Shown here one piece after another: positions 49,281-63,735 of a stretch of DNA of 64,000 nucleotides. The stretch lies in NCBI GenBank assembly GCA_024679065.1, contig JAGIQG010000013.1, positions 48,236,001 to 48,300,000 of the forward strand, given 5' to 3'. Each line of letters begins with the position of its first letter. The stretch's first letter is position 1. The notes below the pieces were generated by a model. That model ran no database searches. It saw nothing but the letters and a program-made list of their open reading frames with translations, and was not told the DNA's origin. The stretch is from Sphyrna mokarran (taxonomy: Eukaryota). The translations under genes and the position numbers were made by a program.

Positions 49281-52200
49281 TGTTAGTGAAGATGTAAATG
49301 TAAGTTTAACTGTAGACATAAATGTGAGTGTGAGCATGTACAAAATATTTGTTTCAGGTTTAAATCAAACAAGCCTCATCCAGGACTAGACATTAGAAGC
49401 TAAAAGAATTTCTGGTGCAACCAGAATTGTTGAACTTTCCTTCATCAAACACTTTCACTGGTATTTTAATGAAGATGTTAACATATTAAAACGATTGTGT
49501 AAATCCATGATGAGATGAACTGAATGTGCACCATGGATAATGATTTACTTGATGGGGCGATTTTGTTCCATGACTGCTATTTTTATAGACTTCTCTCACA
49601 TCTTGTGAAACAATGTCATACTTTATGTGATATTATCCTAAAGCAGACAGGCATGATTGCATTACAGGATCATCTCTGCATGATTTCAAACCACAAGGCA
49701 ATCACATAACAGAACACAAGAGTCCATGTTAATAATGAATGCCTCCAGCTGCTCTCGCCTTTGCCCTTGAGAGATGTGAATGAATACAGTAGTCATGTTT
49801 AATCAATTAGTTTGTAATTGCTATTGATCAAAGTTAGGACAGCCATGAACATCACATGAGCAAAACAGCCTTGTTGCTCCAAAAAGATCAGCAAATAACA
49901 CCTTATTATAATCTTTCAGATAACATGGTTTTTAAAACATGACAGGAAAAAACAATAACCCAATCAATGCTGTGCTTAAAAAAGTCCAGATTAATATTTC
50001 ATTTCATACTGGGTTCACAGGTGCAGTATATAACCCAAAATCAAGATTCATCAGCTGCCCATCCCGTCTAACATAAGTGACTGATGGGTGGAACAAAGAA
50101 GGATGAATGACACGTCATATAATCCTCCCAGGCAGGTAACCTATCCAATGAATTGCTGTCCTATATGTTTCATAGTACTATATAGTACAAAACAAAACTT
50201 GGAGTAGGCGGCGTCTGGATAGAATACTTAATTAGAGCAAGAGATCCATTGCAGCAAATAGCTAGATTTAATTAGATATATAAAAAGTGTAGAAATAGGA
50301 AATGGAGAGGAGCAAATCTCTTAATTTTCAGAATATGCTAGTTGTCAGCATATAACTAATAAAGCTTAAGGACTATATGGATAGTTAACTTTAGTCAATC
50401 ACTGAACACTGCTTCAAGAGACAGCTCTGTGTTTGCTGTCTGTTAGAATTTGATGTAGAAATGCTCAGCAAGCTGTCATGAAATGAGTTGAATAACCCTG
50501 AACTCATCTTCAACCAAAATGGAAATAATGCCAGATGAAGCCATTTCTTTCCCTGCTGCTTTGCAAAGAGTTTCTTCCTACAAATCATCAAACAGTTCCA
50601 CAATTGCAACACACATCTCAACAAGCAATTCTGAAGTTTGAAAAATCAGACTAAAGCAGTGCAACCCTGACATTGGTCTGCCATTCCTGAAAAAAAAAGA
50701 GGGAAAATGCTAACATTGAAGCTACAAAGCTCACATTCTCCCACCCCTGCACAAACAGGGTTAACCTTTGAGGTTGATTAATTTTCATCACAACAAAATT
50801 GGTGTTTCTGTGCTGCAAGCATTGAACAATGGGATCATATCACAGGCAGCAGGAATGGTGAACACTGATGGAACAGAGTTTTTAAAAGGAGGCACCCTAA
50901 ATCACTGATTAAAAAGATAACTTTGTTTCAATGTAAAAAAATAAAGTTTATTTCACAATAGTTTATTTTTCTTTAAATGATGTATAGAATTTAAATAGAA
51001 TTAGGTGAATGGACAGAAACACGAATGAGTCGGTTAATTCAAGAGTAAAAGTTAAGGAATCAAAAGAGCTGCCAGTACAGTCAGAGACAGAAACAAGTAA
51101 GAACTTTGTATCCAAAGACCTCACAGCCTTGTCCTGATAACAACTGGAGGAGTAATTAAGAGCAAAACAGAAAGGAAGAAAAACCAATGGGTTTTGAGAA
51201 ATGGATTAAGAGAGCCAGAGAAGAAAGATGATACCAACAGCCCCACTAATTATGGCGATTATGGCGAAAACAAACTTACTTTGGCTATTGTTTTAATACA
51301 ATGCAAATGTATTTTGCACTGTATAGCAATAATTGGATTAATACTAGATGTAAAGTTTATTGGCAATTGTATCAAACAATTTTGCATTACATTCATAATA
51401 ATTGGATAATTTTCATGAACAGAAATAAACTTTATACATAGTTCAAGAATATATATAACCTTGAAAACCAATTTCATCATGATCCATACAGTGAGCATAG
51501 CTCAAGCCAAGTAAGATACTTTCTTTCCGAAAGAACAAGAACTCAATTGATAAGGCACAGGAAAAAGTGACTCAGAAACTCAACTCTCAGGATCAGTTAT
51601 AAGCCAAGGGCCAACTTCCAAGTAAGAAAATCTGAATGCTGTCACTAAGGGCTTTTTTCTCTTCAGAGTATTGACTATTAAGTATTGAGCATAACTTTAA
51701 GTAATACAAAGATTTGTGACACAGTGTCTTGGTGAAAGACATTTCTTTATTGACCAGTGCACATCGGGAGAGAAGGACTGGGTAATCCATCTCTTCTCTG
51801 CAATAATGTCACAGTGGTAATACAATTATACAACTTCCAAAAGACATTTTACCCATTCTCTGGGTCATCATGTGCCAATCCTATTAGTTTAGGTCAATCA
51901 CCATTAGTAAATGTCATATACCTTGACCAAGTACAGATACTATCTGACAGCATGAGAACAATAAGCTCTAGTGGCTTCTGCCCAACTCTCCCATGGCCTA
52001 AACTCTTATCTGATAATATACTTGACTTATTCATTAGTTGTCTGGAATAACTAGCTTGTCCTTGTTCAACAAATGTCTCCTTTATTGGTACTCAGGCTGA
52101 TAAGAGTTATGCTTCTATATTATTAAAAGCAATGTGGTTCATTTTACTGGCCTATTCTCCATGATGCCTTAAAATCCTGTGCTTTTACCAAGATGTATGC

Positions 52201-54689
52201 CTGCTCAATAGTACGCTTTCAAAAAGACATGTTTAAATTCCCTAACTGTGGTTATGTGTTTCTAGGCACACAGTACCTCTGCAGACTATATATGACAGAA
52301 TGTGATTCTTATCCTAAATTAACCCACTCTGTTCTAATATTCTGTGTTAGTATTTTAAATCCCAGAGTATTTTAAGTCCTCTAACACTGTCCAACGCTTG
52401 GCTTAAATGATGATGAAAATAAATCATCCCACATGATTTTCGGGATGCTACTATCTCAAAACCAACCCCAACTTCAAAATTTTCAGAACGTAGTTTCAAG
52501 CATGAAGGAGATTATAAACACAAAGGAAGAATATGTAAGCAAATTTAGCAAATAATTAATGCATGAAACTTATTGAAATGAGATGAGCACGGATATCTTT
52601 TGGGAGGAAAAGTGAGCTATCACACATAAAATTACGAAACTACTTAAGGATAGAAAAGCAGAGATTTATTGGAGTTCAAACCCACATCTTTTAAAAAGGC
52701 AAATGGAGAGAAATGCAGAGAAGAAAGTGAGATGCTGGAGGCGAAATTGGTCCTTGTGCAGAGCACATCAGCAGCCAACTTCCCATTGTGTCCAATATTC
52801 TTGTCATTGAAGTTGATGGAACGATAGTTCGAACATTACCACTTTTACTTGTTCAAAGTGACTGATCAGCAGAGAGGGGACACAGATCACCACAAGACTG
52901 AAAAGATACTCTAAGAAAATCCTTATTTTTCAGGACATGGAATGTTCAACCAGGGAAAAAGTAGAACTCATGATGCTTTTTTTCATAAAATGCAAGTGGA
53001 TATTTGGAAAAAAAAAAGTCACCAGTATACTGAGACCGTGGAATGGGATGTAAAAGAATTCTTTCAGAGACCAGCATAACAACAGCAAAGAAAATAATCT
53101 CTATGAAGTAAAACAGTAACTGACATAATGGCAACACGAAGTGGTTGTCATCCACTGATTTTCCTCTGTGATGGTAAGCAAGCAGACAAGAATCTTAATA
53201 TGCATAGTTGGCCTGTAAGCCCAAAGTTATTCAATCTCATTTTAAAACATCCTTTAATGCTTCTTTACGCACCTCCCAAGGTATCATACGAGTCCAGTCC
53301 ATGTATAGTACACAGAAACAAAGCTATCTCCAGTAATAGTAAGAAAGATTCTGAAGCACATCCAGCTTAATCATTCAGTAAGAGTTAAGTGCCATTTCTG
53401 AACTTGAGGACCTATCCAGTTAAACAAAAATGGGAGAATAAGAAACGAACAAAAAACTTTTTAATAAAAAAAACACATTCCAAAACAGAAATGGATCTTA
53501 GGATTGAGAGATTGCTGCCAAGCTGACCTTTCTACTTCTGGCTGATCTTGGTTGACCATTTCAAAGTATTACTGCCTGACAGCATACCAGAGATTCTATG
53601 TTATCCTAGATTATATAGATACCTACATATAAATGTATGCTGCACTTTCTCATGTTACATAAGTGCAGAACCAGGTGTAATACAATTAAATATTCAAAAT
53701 CACTTAGGGTGGATCTTGACTGTGTAGGTGAGAGCGAGTCTGCAGCCTGATTTACAGCTCAGTCAGGGTTTAATGATAATTGGGAGAGTTAGACAATGTC
53801 AAAAATCTGCCCTGTTGTGCTATAAATTATTTACAGCTTTATCAGACATGCTTACATCAAACAGTCCCCACTTTTGTTTCTTGATGGAAGCAGATGGCAG
53901 CAGACAACACAGAATCATGTCTGCATTAGGTAAACCAGCAAGAGCTTACAACCATTCCAAACTAGAACCCCTGAACAGCTGCACACGATCTCTTTACATG
54001 TTCCAAATCCCAGACGAAATTAGGGATGGTGTGAATTGCAGATAAGTGTTTGTTTAGAGGTAGAATTACCATGACATTGCACTATCCATATTAACCCTTT
54101 GAGAAATCAGCATGCACTCAACTACAATACTTGGATTGGCCAGATTAACCCCTGCAGGTATTTAAAGCATTTCAATGCTACGCCGAATGGCAACAATCAT
54201 ATTATTTAATGAATGCTCCATGATACAACACCTCACTGCTAGAAATCTTTCTCTGCTTCATGACTTCCTCTATGCAATAATCTGTACAAGTGAACCTAGC
54301 AAAGCAGTGGTTCAACCTGTAGCTCAGCACTGTGTGAATCTCATTGAATGTTCCATTGCCAACATCACAATTCAAGCACAAGAGAGACATAGTCCTGTTA
54401 AAAATGAAAAATAGAATTTTAAAATGTAAGCATTTGCATTTTTGAATGTAATTTATTTTAAACAGGATGACACTGATAAAATTGTGCACATAAACATGGA
54501 ATTTGACATAAAGGCATAACCAACATAATAAAATATAGCAGAGTAAAACATCAACTACTGATTTTCCTGACTCCAAACTTGAACTTCCAAAATTTAGTAA
54601 GCACCAGTGGATAGCAATGGCATTTTATACATGAATGCTATGATGTTTTGTTGCAGGGAAATTAGCTATAAAACTATTAGGGCTGTAAC

Positions 54690-54790
54690 TTTGTATATAC
54701 ATTACAATAGTGACTACCTTCAGAAGTATTTCATTGATTGTGAAGTACTTTTGGAAGTCCTGAGGTTGTGACTGGCTCAATAAAAGTCTT
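54690..54790 (+). mobile_element. DeuSINE/L2-type 3' tail fragment
   Basis: TACATTACAATAGTGACTACCTTCAGAAGTATTTCATTGATTGTGAAGTACTTTTGGAAGTCCTGAGGTTGTGA, complementary in character to 12972-13060. Confidence 0.5.
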
Positions 54791-56467
54791 AAAACTTTTT
54801 ATAATTACAAAATATTTACTAATTTGCCATTGATTTTTGTGGCTCTGTTCCTGTTGTATTTGTTGCGTCTGCCTCTTTAAGACAGCACAGCAGAAGAGGA
54901 TCATCTGGCTTGAGGGGCCAATGGAAACAAGGAATGAGTGATCACCCCAGAGAAGGTTTCATTGCCTCTCTGGGGCAGAATACATCTGGAAGCCATGTAG
55001 TAAGCATGTAAAGACTGCAGCAAGGCAATCCTGGGCTACAAACATGTTCTAAGTTTCTCTTTCTTGTCCCAAATGAATTCTGAATTGTTTAGTCGACGCC
55101 TGAAATGTCACTATATAACAGTCTTCAATTAGTTGAGACAAATGCACATACCAGCCAGAAGATCCATCTCAGTTTACAGCAAGGAGGTTTAATGTTGCCA
55201 ACTTCCTTTATTCCAAACAATGGTAAATATTACATCTTGCAGCAAGTTCACATAGAAATGCTTTGGCACTTGTGGAAGATCAAGAAGCAAATAGGCAGAG
55301 AAGTCTAAATCCTTATTAAGCACAAAAGAGGAAATGATTTACTAGTCACAAAAAGAACCAAGATCAGTCTAACTCACATTCTCAGGCAAGTTATGTGCTG
55401 ATGAATCACAGCCATATCAATATCCTAAATCAGTTCCATCGCAATATGTTTTGTGAAATATAAATTCATATAGACAAGCAGAATAGTTGAATTCAATTAT
55501 TTGTAGAAATTTCATCTGTCTGTTGCTCTCATAATGCAGCAGCTCAAATAGTAAAGGTTAAAATTTATAACAAAATCAAACATTTCTACCAAAGCCCTCC
55601 AGCTCAGAAAAGCTACCCAAACCCCTGCTTAAAGAGCCAACTGCTTCCTCAGCTCATTGATTTTGTCCTCAGGTTTGTTTACCTGTTCAAAAAGTACTGA
55701 TCATTATCAGTAGCAGTAGAAAAAGATCAAAAATAGAGCCGAAGTAACCACAGGCTAGCGTTCTCATCAACTCTTGGTCAAATTCATAATAGATGAGAAG
55801 CTGTTGCAAATTTCACTCGCAACAACTTGCTGTCAGGTCACTGATGATTTTTATATTATGGACAGTGTGCAAGAGCTGAACATACAAACCCAGCACATTG
55901 ATGGAGAAAACGCATTGCCTGCAGACCAGGACGCTGGCCTTGATGAATCATGTATTAATAAAAATAATTTTTCTATACATGATGTGATAAGAATATCAAG
56001 GTTCAAGGAGTAGGTTTTATCCACTGGTTGCATACGATATGCTGAGAACAATAAGAGGTGAGGAACTGGTTATTCAATACCAGCAAATCATCAAGAATTG
56101 CTGTCTGACCTCAAAAGCTGCCCAACTGCAGATTTATAGGAAATAACTTTCATGCGTTAGTAATGTTATAACACAGGTAAATGTGACTAATTAGTGACTG
56201 TATAGCTTAAATACAACATGGTACAATTGAGATAAGAGAACTCCAAGCACATGTTTATTAAGCAGCGTTGTGCGCTCAGGGATTTCTGATGTTATAGTTC
56301 AGGATTCATGATAATTCTACTTATGGTGCTGCATAAATGTTGTGGAATTATCATGTTTAAAGCAATTAATTATAAAACAGCATAAACAATTCTTTTCTTC
56401 ATATAAAGATGACGTCATATCCAGAATATTTTGTCCAATGTTGGTTCCAAACAGTTTTATGATACTT

Positions 56468-57372
56468 AAAGAGGCCCTTCAACCCATTGTCTCTGTACCA
56501 ACTATCAAGGACATATCCATTCTAATCCCAGTTTCCAGCACTTGGCCCATAGCATTGTATGCAAAGGCATTTCAAGTGCTCATCTAAATGCTTCTTAAAT
56601 GTTGTGAGGGTTCCTACCTCCGCCACCCTTTCAAGCGATGAGTTCCAGATTCCCTCTGGGTGGGCAAGTTTTACCTAAATTCCCATTCAATCTCCTGCAC
56701 CTTATCTTAAAGGTATGTAGCCTGATTATTGACTTCTCCTAAGGGGAAAAATTTCCCCCTTTCTACTTCATGTCCCTCATAAATTTTCTACACTTCAAAT
56801 CAGGACTTCACTTACCCTCCTCTGCTCTAAGTCAACCCCAGCCTATTCACCCTCTCTTCATAGTTGAAATGCTCCAGTCCTTGGAACATTCTGCTGAATC
56901 TCCTCTGTGTGCTTTCGAGTACAGTCACATTCTTCCTGTAGCATGGCAACCCAAACTGCACACAATATTTTAACTGTGACCTAACAAACATTTCATACAG
57001 CTCCATCATAACTTTCTTGCTCTTACATTCTATGCCTGGGCTAATAAAGGATGTATCCCAAATGTCTTCTTAACCTTACTTGTCCTGCTGCCTTTAGGGA
57101 TCTACAGACATGCACTCCAAGGTGTCTCTGGTTATGTTTACTTCTTACTATTTACTGTGCATTCCTTTTCTTTTTTGGCCACCCAAAGTGCATCACCTTA
57201 CATTTTACGAGTTAAATTCCATTTGCCATTGTTCTGCCCATCTGAGTTGCCTGTCTATATTGTCCCGTAATCAAAGGCTTCTCTCCTTACTAGTTAGAAC
57301 ACCACCAATTTCCATGTCATTTGCAAACTTACTGATCATACCTCCTATTTGTATATCTAGATCATTAACGTA
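56468..57372 (-). mobile_element. CR1 LINE 3' ~0.9 kb (RT C-terminus and 3' UTR), decayed
   Basis: Minus-strand translations YVNDLDIQIGGMISKFAND and LYEMFVRSQLKYCVQFGLPCYRKNVTVLESTQRRFSRMFQGL. Confidence 0.85.
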
Positions 57373-57599
57373 CACTATGGGTGCATAAAGAAAAGGCAGA
57401 CAGGCAAGGGGGCACATGTTAGAGAAAGGATGTAAACGTGTCAGAAAGAGACCGAGGAAGGGAACAAGACAGAAAGCCCAGAAAAGTTTCAAAGAAAAGC
57501 ATTATATTTATACAATTTCAGGACCTTCCATTTCCAAATCAGGGGAGAGAGCTGGGGAATCTAATCTTGGAAAAGTGTAGACATCAACATGTAAATCCA

Positions 57600-57765
57600 T
57601 CAGACTGATTTTAAACTGTATTTGGCCCAGTGAGACCACATCTGGAATATTGTGCAGAATTTTGTTCCCCCAGTTTGAAAAAAGATATTCACTTATTGGG
57701 AAGATGGACAGACATACTACACGGTTCATCTCAGAACTTTAACCAATTTATGAGGAAAGACTGGC
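57600..57765 (+). mobile_element. CR1 RT fragment
   Basis: RPHLEYCAEFCSPSLKKDI motif. Confidence 0.75.
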
Positions 57766-60689
57766 CACCCTGTACTCCACCCTGGGTCCTTTGTTGCCTG
57801 AAAAAGAAACAGTGAACTTATACAATAGAACTGTTTAACTTAAAGCAAATTAGATCCAAGTGAGTTTTTTTTAAAACAGGAATTAATCAGAAAGGCTGTA
57901 GATCACAATTGCATCAGATTCATGCGTTGTGGAACTCCTACTTCAACACATCCCTAAGGGTCCTTTCCTGTTTCAGGCATGAGGGATGACTGCTTAAATT
58001 GAAATTTGCTCAATAATCACAGTAGGCCAGCCTCTAACAGCAAGGCACTGTTAAGTTTCATTAAAATGTTTTCTTATTATCATCCTTTTCACAAATAATC
58101 TATCAACATCTTCTCTGCAAACCTGCAAAAGCTTCATTTAGTGCGCAAAATGAAGCTTTTTCTAAGGCTCTTACATTGGATATTGGCTTTACTTGGATGG
58201 GATGAACTAGCCAACTGCACTGTCAAGCCTTCACACCACCAAGAAAGATCCAGCAGATGGTGAGGATTAAATCAGGGGGAAATACCGCAGCATTTACTTG
58301 AGGCAAAGTGCCTCCAAAGATCCATCTGTTTCAAAGTCTGATCTATGGAGATTTCTATTGCAGGTGAATTGAAACCGCTATTAAATTTGACAAGTCCGTC
58401 AAAACGTTTTACAATCCAGCTGTTTATTTGTCCTTAGAAAAGAATGATGTTTAACCAGACTCAATTCTGAGAAATGACTGCATGACTTTTTCATCTAGCT
58501 GAGAAAAAACAAGAAATTTCTATAATGCTAGCCCTTTGGAACTATTTCGATTTTAAATTCTTTTTAAAACAATTCCAATATGCTAATTAGTGTTAAATTC
58601 ACCTCTACTTGGTGCCATTTCCCTTCATAGCTACAAATGTTTTTTTCCCCCTCTTTTTAAGAAATTTTCTCACTCTAACCAACAGGATTAGCTGTACAAT
58701 TAGTATAAATGTTTTGCATGGGTCCACATTGCTCCATGATGTTTAGCATCATCTCTTTGAAAAGAGCCCAATAGTTCATTCGTACACTATAAAGATTTTT
58801 AATGTGCATAATATTGCTTCTTAAAATTTGGCAATTTTCTTTGCATTCTGATCATTAATCCTTATTGCTGTCAAATGCAATCACATGATAATAACTGGTG
58901 CTTAAAGCTTCAACAATAAGTGCATTGAAGATTTGATTAATCTGATTATTTGATCAAATCCAAGATACTTCACCTCTTGTTGGTTATTTCATACAAAGAG
59001 TCATAAAAATAACCTTCCCTTTGCTTTAGAAATTCCTTCCTTCTCTTACAATTAGCATAATTATTTACGACATCTTGATTCAAAATAATCAGTCTTCTAC
59101 TCTGAAGACAGATACAAACATTTCTGCTGCCGTTTCCTTACTGCCATGTGATGGTTTCTCCTGTCTGTGCCTTTAAGGACAAAGGAAGCTTTAGCTACTC
59201 TCTTCTTTTTCACATACTTGAAAATGTCATGATGCAATAAATGTTCAATATTAATCTTTAATTTCATCAGCTGGTCAAATATATATTTAAAAAATTTTTT
59301 AAAGAGACATCAAGGCAAACAAGACATGTTATAAAGCTACTTTTCAAGCAGAGGCAGAAATTCTTGGAAAATGGAGATGGGTTTTTCCTAGTTCATCCTC
59401 TATTGAGGAGTGATGGCTGGAGCATTAAATAAATTAATCTCCAAGGCCACGGTCTGTCCAGACACGAGCTAATCCATTAATTTTTAGGAACATACGTCAC
59501 TGATAGATAGGTCGTGCAACTAGTATCACCATTGAGAAATCTATTATATTACAACATCCTAATGTTTATGGACAGTCTAGGAGCTATCTGCACATGGGAC
59601 AAATAACACCACCTCTTTTCCATTCTGAAGTTCAAAGCCCCGTCTCTATTATGCTGTGGAATCCAACACAGAGAGAATTTCCATTGAATGGAATCTCAGA
59701 TACCATTGCAACATTTTTGCAAAAGGTGGATTGTTATTTGAGACTGCCTCTAGAAATTGCAGTTAACAATTAGCCTCAAATTTACTGGAGCCTCAAGATT
59801 ACCATGAGAAAATCCATCTCATACAGTGACACTTGTATTCTTTTCCTTTTATCACGACCTTAATTTGACCGAATATTAACCTCTTCAACTGTTAATTTAT
59901 AATTTTGCATGCCTATGCTTCAAAGTTAACTTCCTCTACTGAATAATTTACAAATTTTGCATGTTGTGTGTGTGTATATTGCAGATGATGGGACATGTCC
60001 TGATCTTTGCAGTGTATGACTTTACTGTTTTAAAAACATCTGCATCTGGATGGGCTTTTAGCACAATAAAAACTGTTTAAAATCAAGAAAGCCTGTGGGA
60101 TGGATTCATTTTCAATTAGCACACAAACAGTCAAGTATAGACACAGAATTTATACCTTCACCTTGTATATTCAACAAAAACCCATTATAAATCACTTGAG
60201 AAATGGGAAGGAAAGGCCACATTCTGAGACATGTCCTCACTATTACAATTTAAAACCACTTAACTTCTTTCTATTCCTGGCTGATTTATTCTCATATTTT
60301 ACCTTTACCACTTTTTCCTCAATTTCTTGGTAATTCTTTGCAGGTTTCATAAACACTCCCAATTCTCAGGTGTATTACTATTCTTCTAACAGTTTTTTTA
60401 AAATCTGTTACTGTCCTGAATATTATTTGTAAGCCATAGATACATTTTTTCAATTCGTTTTTACTTTTCAATGAATGTATTTTTGTTGAATATTTTGAAT
60501 AGTTTCTTTACATGTTTGGCACTGTTTATTTTCTGTCATAGCTTGTTGTCTATTTACTTGTTGAACCTCAGCCAGCTCTCCCCTCACACCAATGTCATGG
60601 TTTTAGGTTTAAGATTCCTGTTTGTGATTAGAAAATGTTGTTTTCAAACTTAATGGGGAATCCAATTTTGTTACGATTACTATTTCCCA

Positions 60690-61690
60690 GTTAAACCTTT
60701 ACACCCCATTGCACAATACTAGATCTTAAAATAGCTTAATCTCGAATTGGTTCAGTAGCATATTGCTCCAGGAAACTGTAACTGAAACATGCTACAAATT
60801 CATCTTTCAGGCAAACTTTGTCAATTTAATTGGGTCATTATACAAGATTAAAAGTACTTTGCAACTGTTACATTACTTTGCTTCAAGCTCCCATAATTAA
60901 CTGTTTTTATGTCCTGCTTAATGACATAATAAATATTAAAGGGGCCTATAACTTTTCCCCTTATTTTTCAGCCATTGCTGTTCCCAATTTCTAGCAATAT
61001 GGACTCTACTTCCTGATTTTCTAAGCCAAGAATGTTTCTCAGAAACGTCTTTGCAAATTTTTTTCCTCAGGACCACTCCAGCTTTTCAACTCCACCTATG
61101 CTTTTGAAATGTTATGCACCCATGAATTTCCACTTTTGGTCACCTTTTAAACATGTTTCTGCGATGGAGAAGAATCTAAATCTCTATCTGCATGCTGAAT
61201 GTACACAATAGGGTAATCAACAGCTGGCAGAAATAAAATGATGTCAATTTTCTTTTTTACCACTATTCCCTGCAACAATCTTGCTCTCTAATACGTTATT
61301 GCCATTAAACTCACATTCTGTTCCACATCAATATACTTTCTTGTCTCAACTTTTCTCTAAATCTCCCTTTATTCAAGCCTTCTTCTTCTTATGCCATTAA
61401 TCCCTACCCTGACTATATTTGCTGTTTCATTATGTTTGTATGTTCTGTCTCTTCCTGACACACTGGTTACCATTTCCCATATATCATTACCCTGGTCCAC
61501 TATCTGTCCTGTTTCTAACTTGCAAATTCTTCTGGTCATGTGAACCCTCACCCCATTCCTTAGCTTAAAAGCTCCTTCTGTCTAGTTATATAAATCACCA
61601 AGGCTTTAATCCAAACACTGTTCACGTGATAATCATCCCAACAGTACAACTCCCTTCTTTCCACAGCATACTGTGTCCTCACTTAAAGTT
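60690..61690 (-). mobile_element. Decayed CR1 ORF2 endonuclease N-terminus and ORF1 C-terminus
   Basis: Minus strand at ~60780-60720 reads SFLEQYATEPIRD*AIL (CR1 FLEQYV.EPTR..AIL). 61530-61690 resembles an ORF1 esterase C-terminus. Confidence 0.55.
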
Positions 61691-62779
61691 GCTGCTGCAT
61701 TTTGCAATATTATGTGAAACAACTTTAAGTGAATCGTGGGTTCCCATAGGAATCAATGCCAGAGTTAGATTCCTCTGGACATTTCTCGCTCATAAAAAAA
61801 ATATACAAACTCAAATAATACGTTTGTAGCTTTGTACATTCCTAACTGAAATAATTTGCAAAGTAAAAAATTACTTTTTTTTTCACTAAATACAATGTAA
61901 ATTTTTTAAACAAAAACTTACACTCATCTCCAGTTGAGTACTTTTAGATTGACCAGTCTCCATCCAGTGGCAGAAGTTGGTGAGTGCATATAGTAATTGA
62001 CATCCCAGCACTACCTGTACCAACCTAATTCTGCTACTCAATGTAGCCTCCAATTTGAGTGCAAGTTGAAAACGGGTGCCGGCAGAGGGAAAGAGGAAGC
62101 GCTAAAAGAAAGCCATACGAGTCGGTGGGCCACAAAAAAGGTCAGTTAAAAACAACTTTAAAAAAAAGTGAAACTGGCAACATTGAATACATACGTTTAC
62201 ACTAAAAGTGAAACGTTCAAGGCAGTGTTAAGTGGCAGCTTGCTGCACTGGTGCTGGTGCCGTCTGAATCAAAACATATTTCTCCCACAGTAACCTTTGA
62301 ACCACACATTCAGCTGGCTGATTTTATTTAACCTATGCCAATGTGTTTGTGGTTCAAGTCATAATCCAGAGATTTCCATCCTTGTGGTCCTTTTTAATGT
62401 AGCCCCTGTTGTTCATGCTCCCCCACAGCAGAATCTTGTCCTAACTATGGCATTGATATGCAAATTCACTATGAAAGCTGGATCCTTCTGGCCCCACATG
62501 TATTATTGCTGTGATAAACCCCAGGACTTCCATGGGGAAAACATTGATTGACCTCCCTACAGCACTCGTTGAATACGAGCTCCCTGAGGATTGGTAATTT
62601 ACTAACCAGGTGGCGCCAGAATACTGATCCCTGTATAAAGCAGGCCCAAGTGAGTCCATTATTGTATTGTCCCGATTGGGAGGTATTGTGTTCACCAAAA
62701 GTTAGTAGCTTTGTTTTACTTTACTTTATGCAACAAAGCACTATTCCTTTATAGCTGACTCCTGGAGTTATTATAATTG

Positions 62780-63180
62780 CCTTCTGCACTCTTGCTCTCA
62801 GCTGGAAAAATCCTCCTAACCAAACTATCCCCTACTGCAACCACATTCCTTTCTACTCTACCCATTTCAATGGCTTCCAGCACCATGGTGCCATGGTCAG
62901 TCAGTTCATCCTCCTTGCAGTCCCTGCTCTCGTCCACACAGGCTCAAGCATCTGAAATCTATTGAAGAATTGCAGAGCATGTGGTTCCACCATTACAGCC
63001 TTCTGAGTCCCATACTGGCCGGACCATTCACCCAAATCAGCAGTGCCTAGCTTAAGGTGTAGCTGTCCTAGTACCGGTTACTTTCCATTCTCTGATTGCA
63101 GGCCCTGTCAAAGCTTGGACTGCACCTCCTCACTTCTGAGCCAAAGCTCGTTGAGCTGCAGACACGGTTACCACGGACTA
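62780..63180 (-). mobile_element. CR1 ORF1 relic (zinc finger/leucine zipper plus SGNH-esterase start)
   Basis: Minus strand gives CLQLNELWLRSEEVQSKL (~63163-63110), an NRF motif near 62960, and RNVVAVGDSLVR (GDS block I of the CR1 ORF1 esterase). Confidence 0.65.
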
Positions 63181-63467
63181 GTTCCAATATACAACTATAA
63201 CTCATCACATGTTCTTCCATCTTTGTGCTTATTTCACTCATTAGATTTTACATTTAGAAACATCACTCAACTATTGCAGTTAGACTATTAATTTAATGCA
63301 ATACTTGCTCTACTAAAGAAGAGTAAAACCTATGGGCTCACCTAATCAATGGTTTTGAACAATCAATTACTGGGGGCCGAAAACAAGAGCAACATGTCCT
63401 CTCCTTCTCTGAGCCCAATATCACAGTTAGTGCTCATTCCACCTTGCAATCACCATGGGCACTGGCA

Positions 63468-63735
63468 AGCGCTGCTATCTCAGTGTCAGGGACCTGGGTT
63501 TGATTCCCAGCTTGGATTACTATCTGTGCAGCATCTGCACATTTTCCCCATGTCTGCATGGGTTTACTCGGGGTGCTCCAGTTTCCTCCCACTGTCCAAA
63601 AGACGTGCTGGTTAGATACATTGGCCATATTAAGTTCTCTCTCAGTATTCCCAAATGGGCACCACAGTGCAATAACTAGGGGGTTTCCACAGTAACTTCA
63701 CTGCAGTGTTAATGTAAGCCTGTGACATAATAAAA
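63468..63735 (+). mobile_element. V-SINE, alternative-tail subfamily
   Basis: B-box GGTTTGATTCCC, V-domain, and tail ACTAGGGGGTTTCCACAGTAACTTCACTGCAGTGTTAATGTAAGCCTGTGACATAATAAAA. Confidence 0.85.

Noticed and set aside
55774-56013. 79-aa acidic ORF as a nested gene or pseudogene
   Set aside because: No recognisable family motif or splice structure, a non-ATG start, and a length expected by chance.
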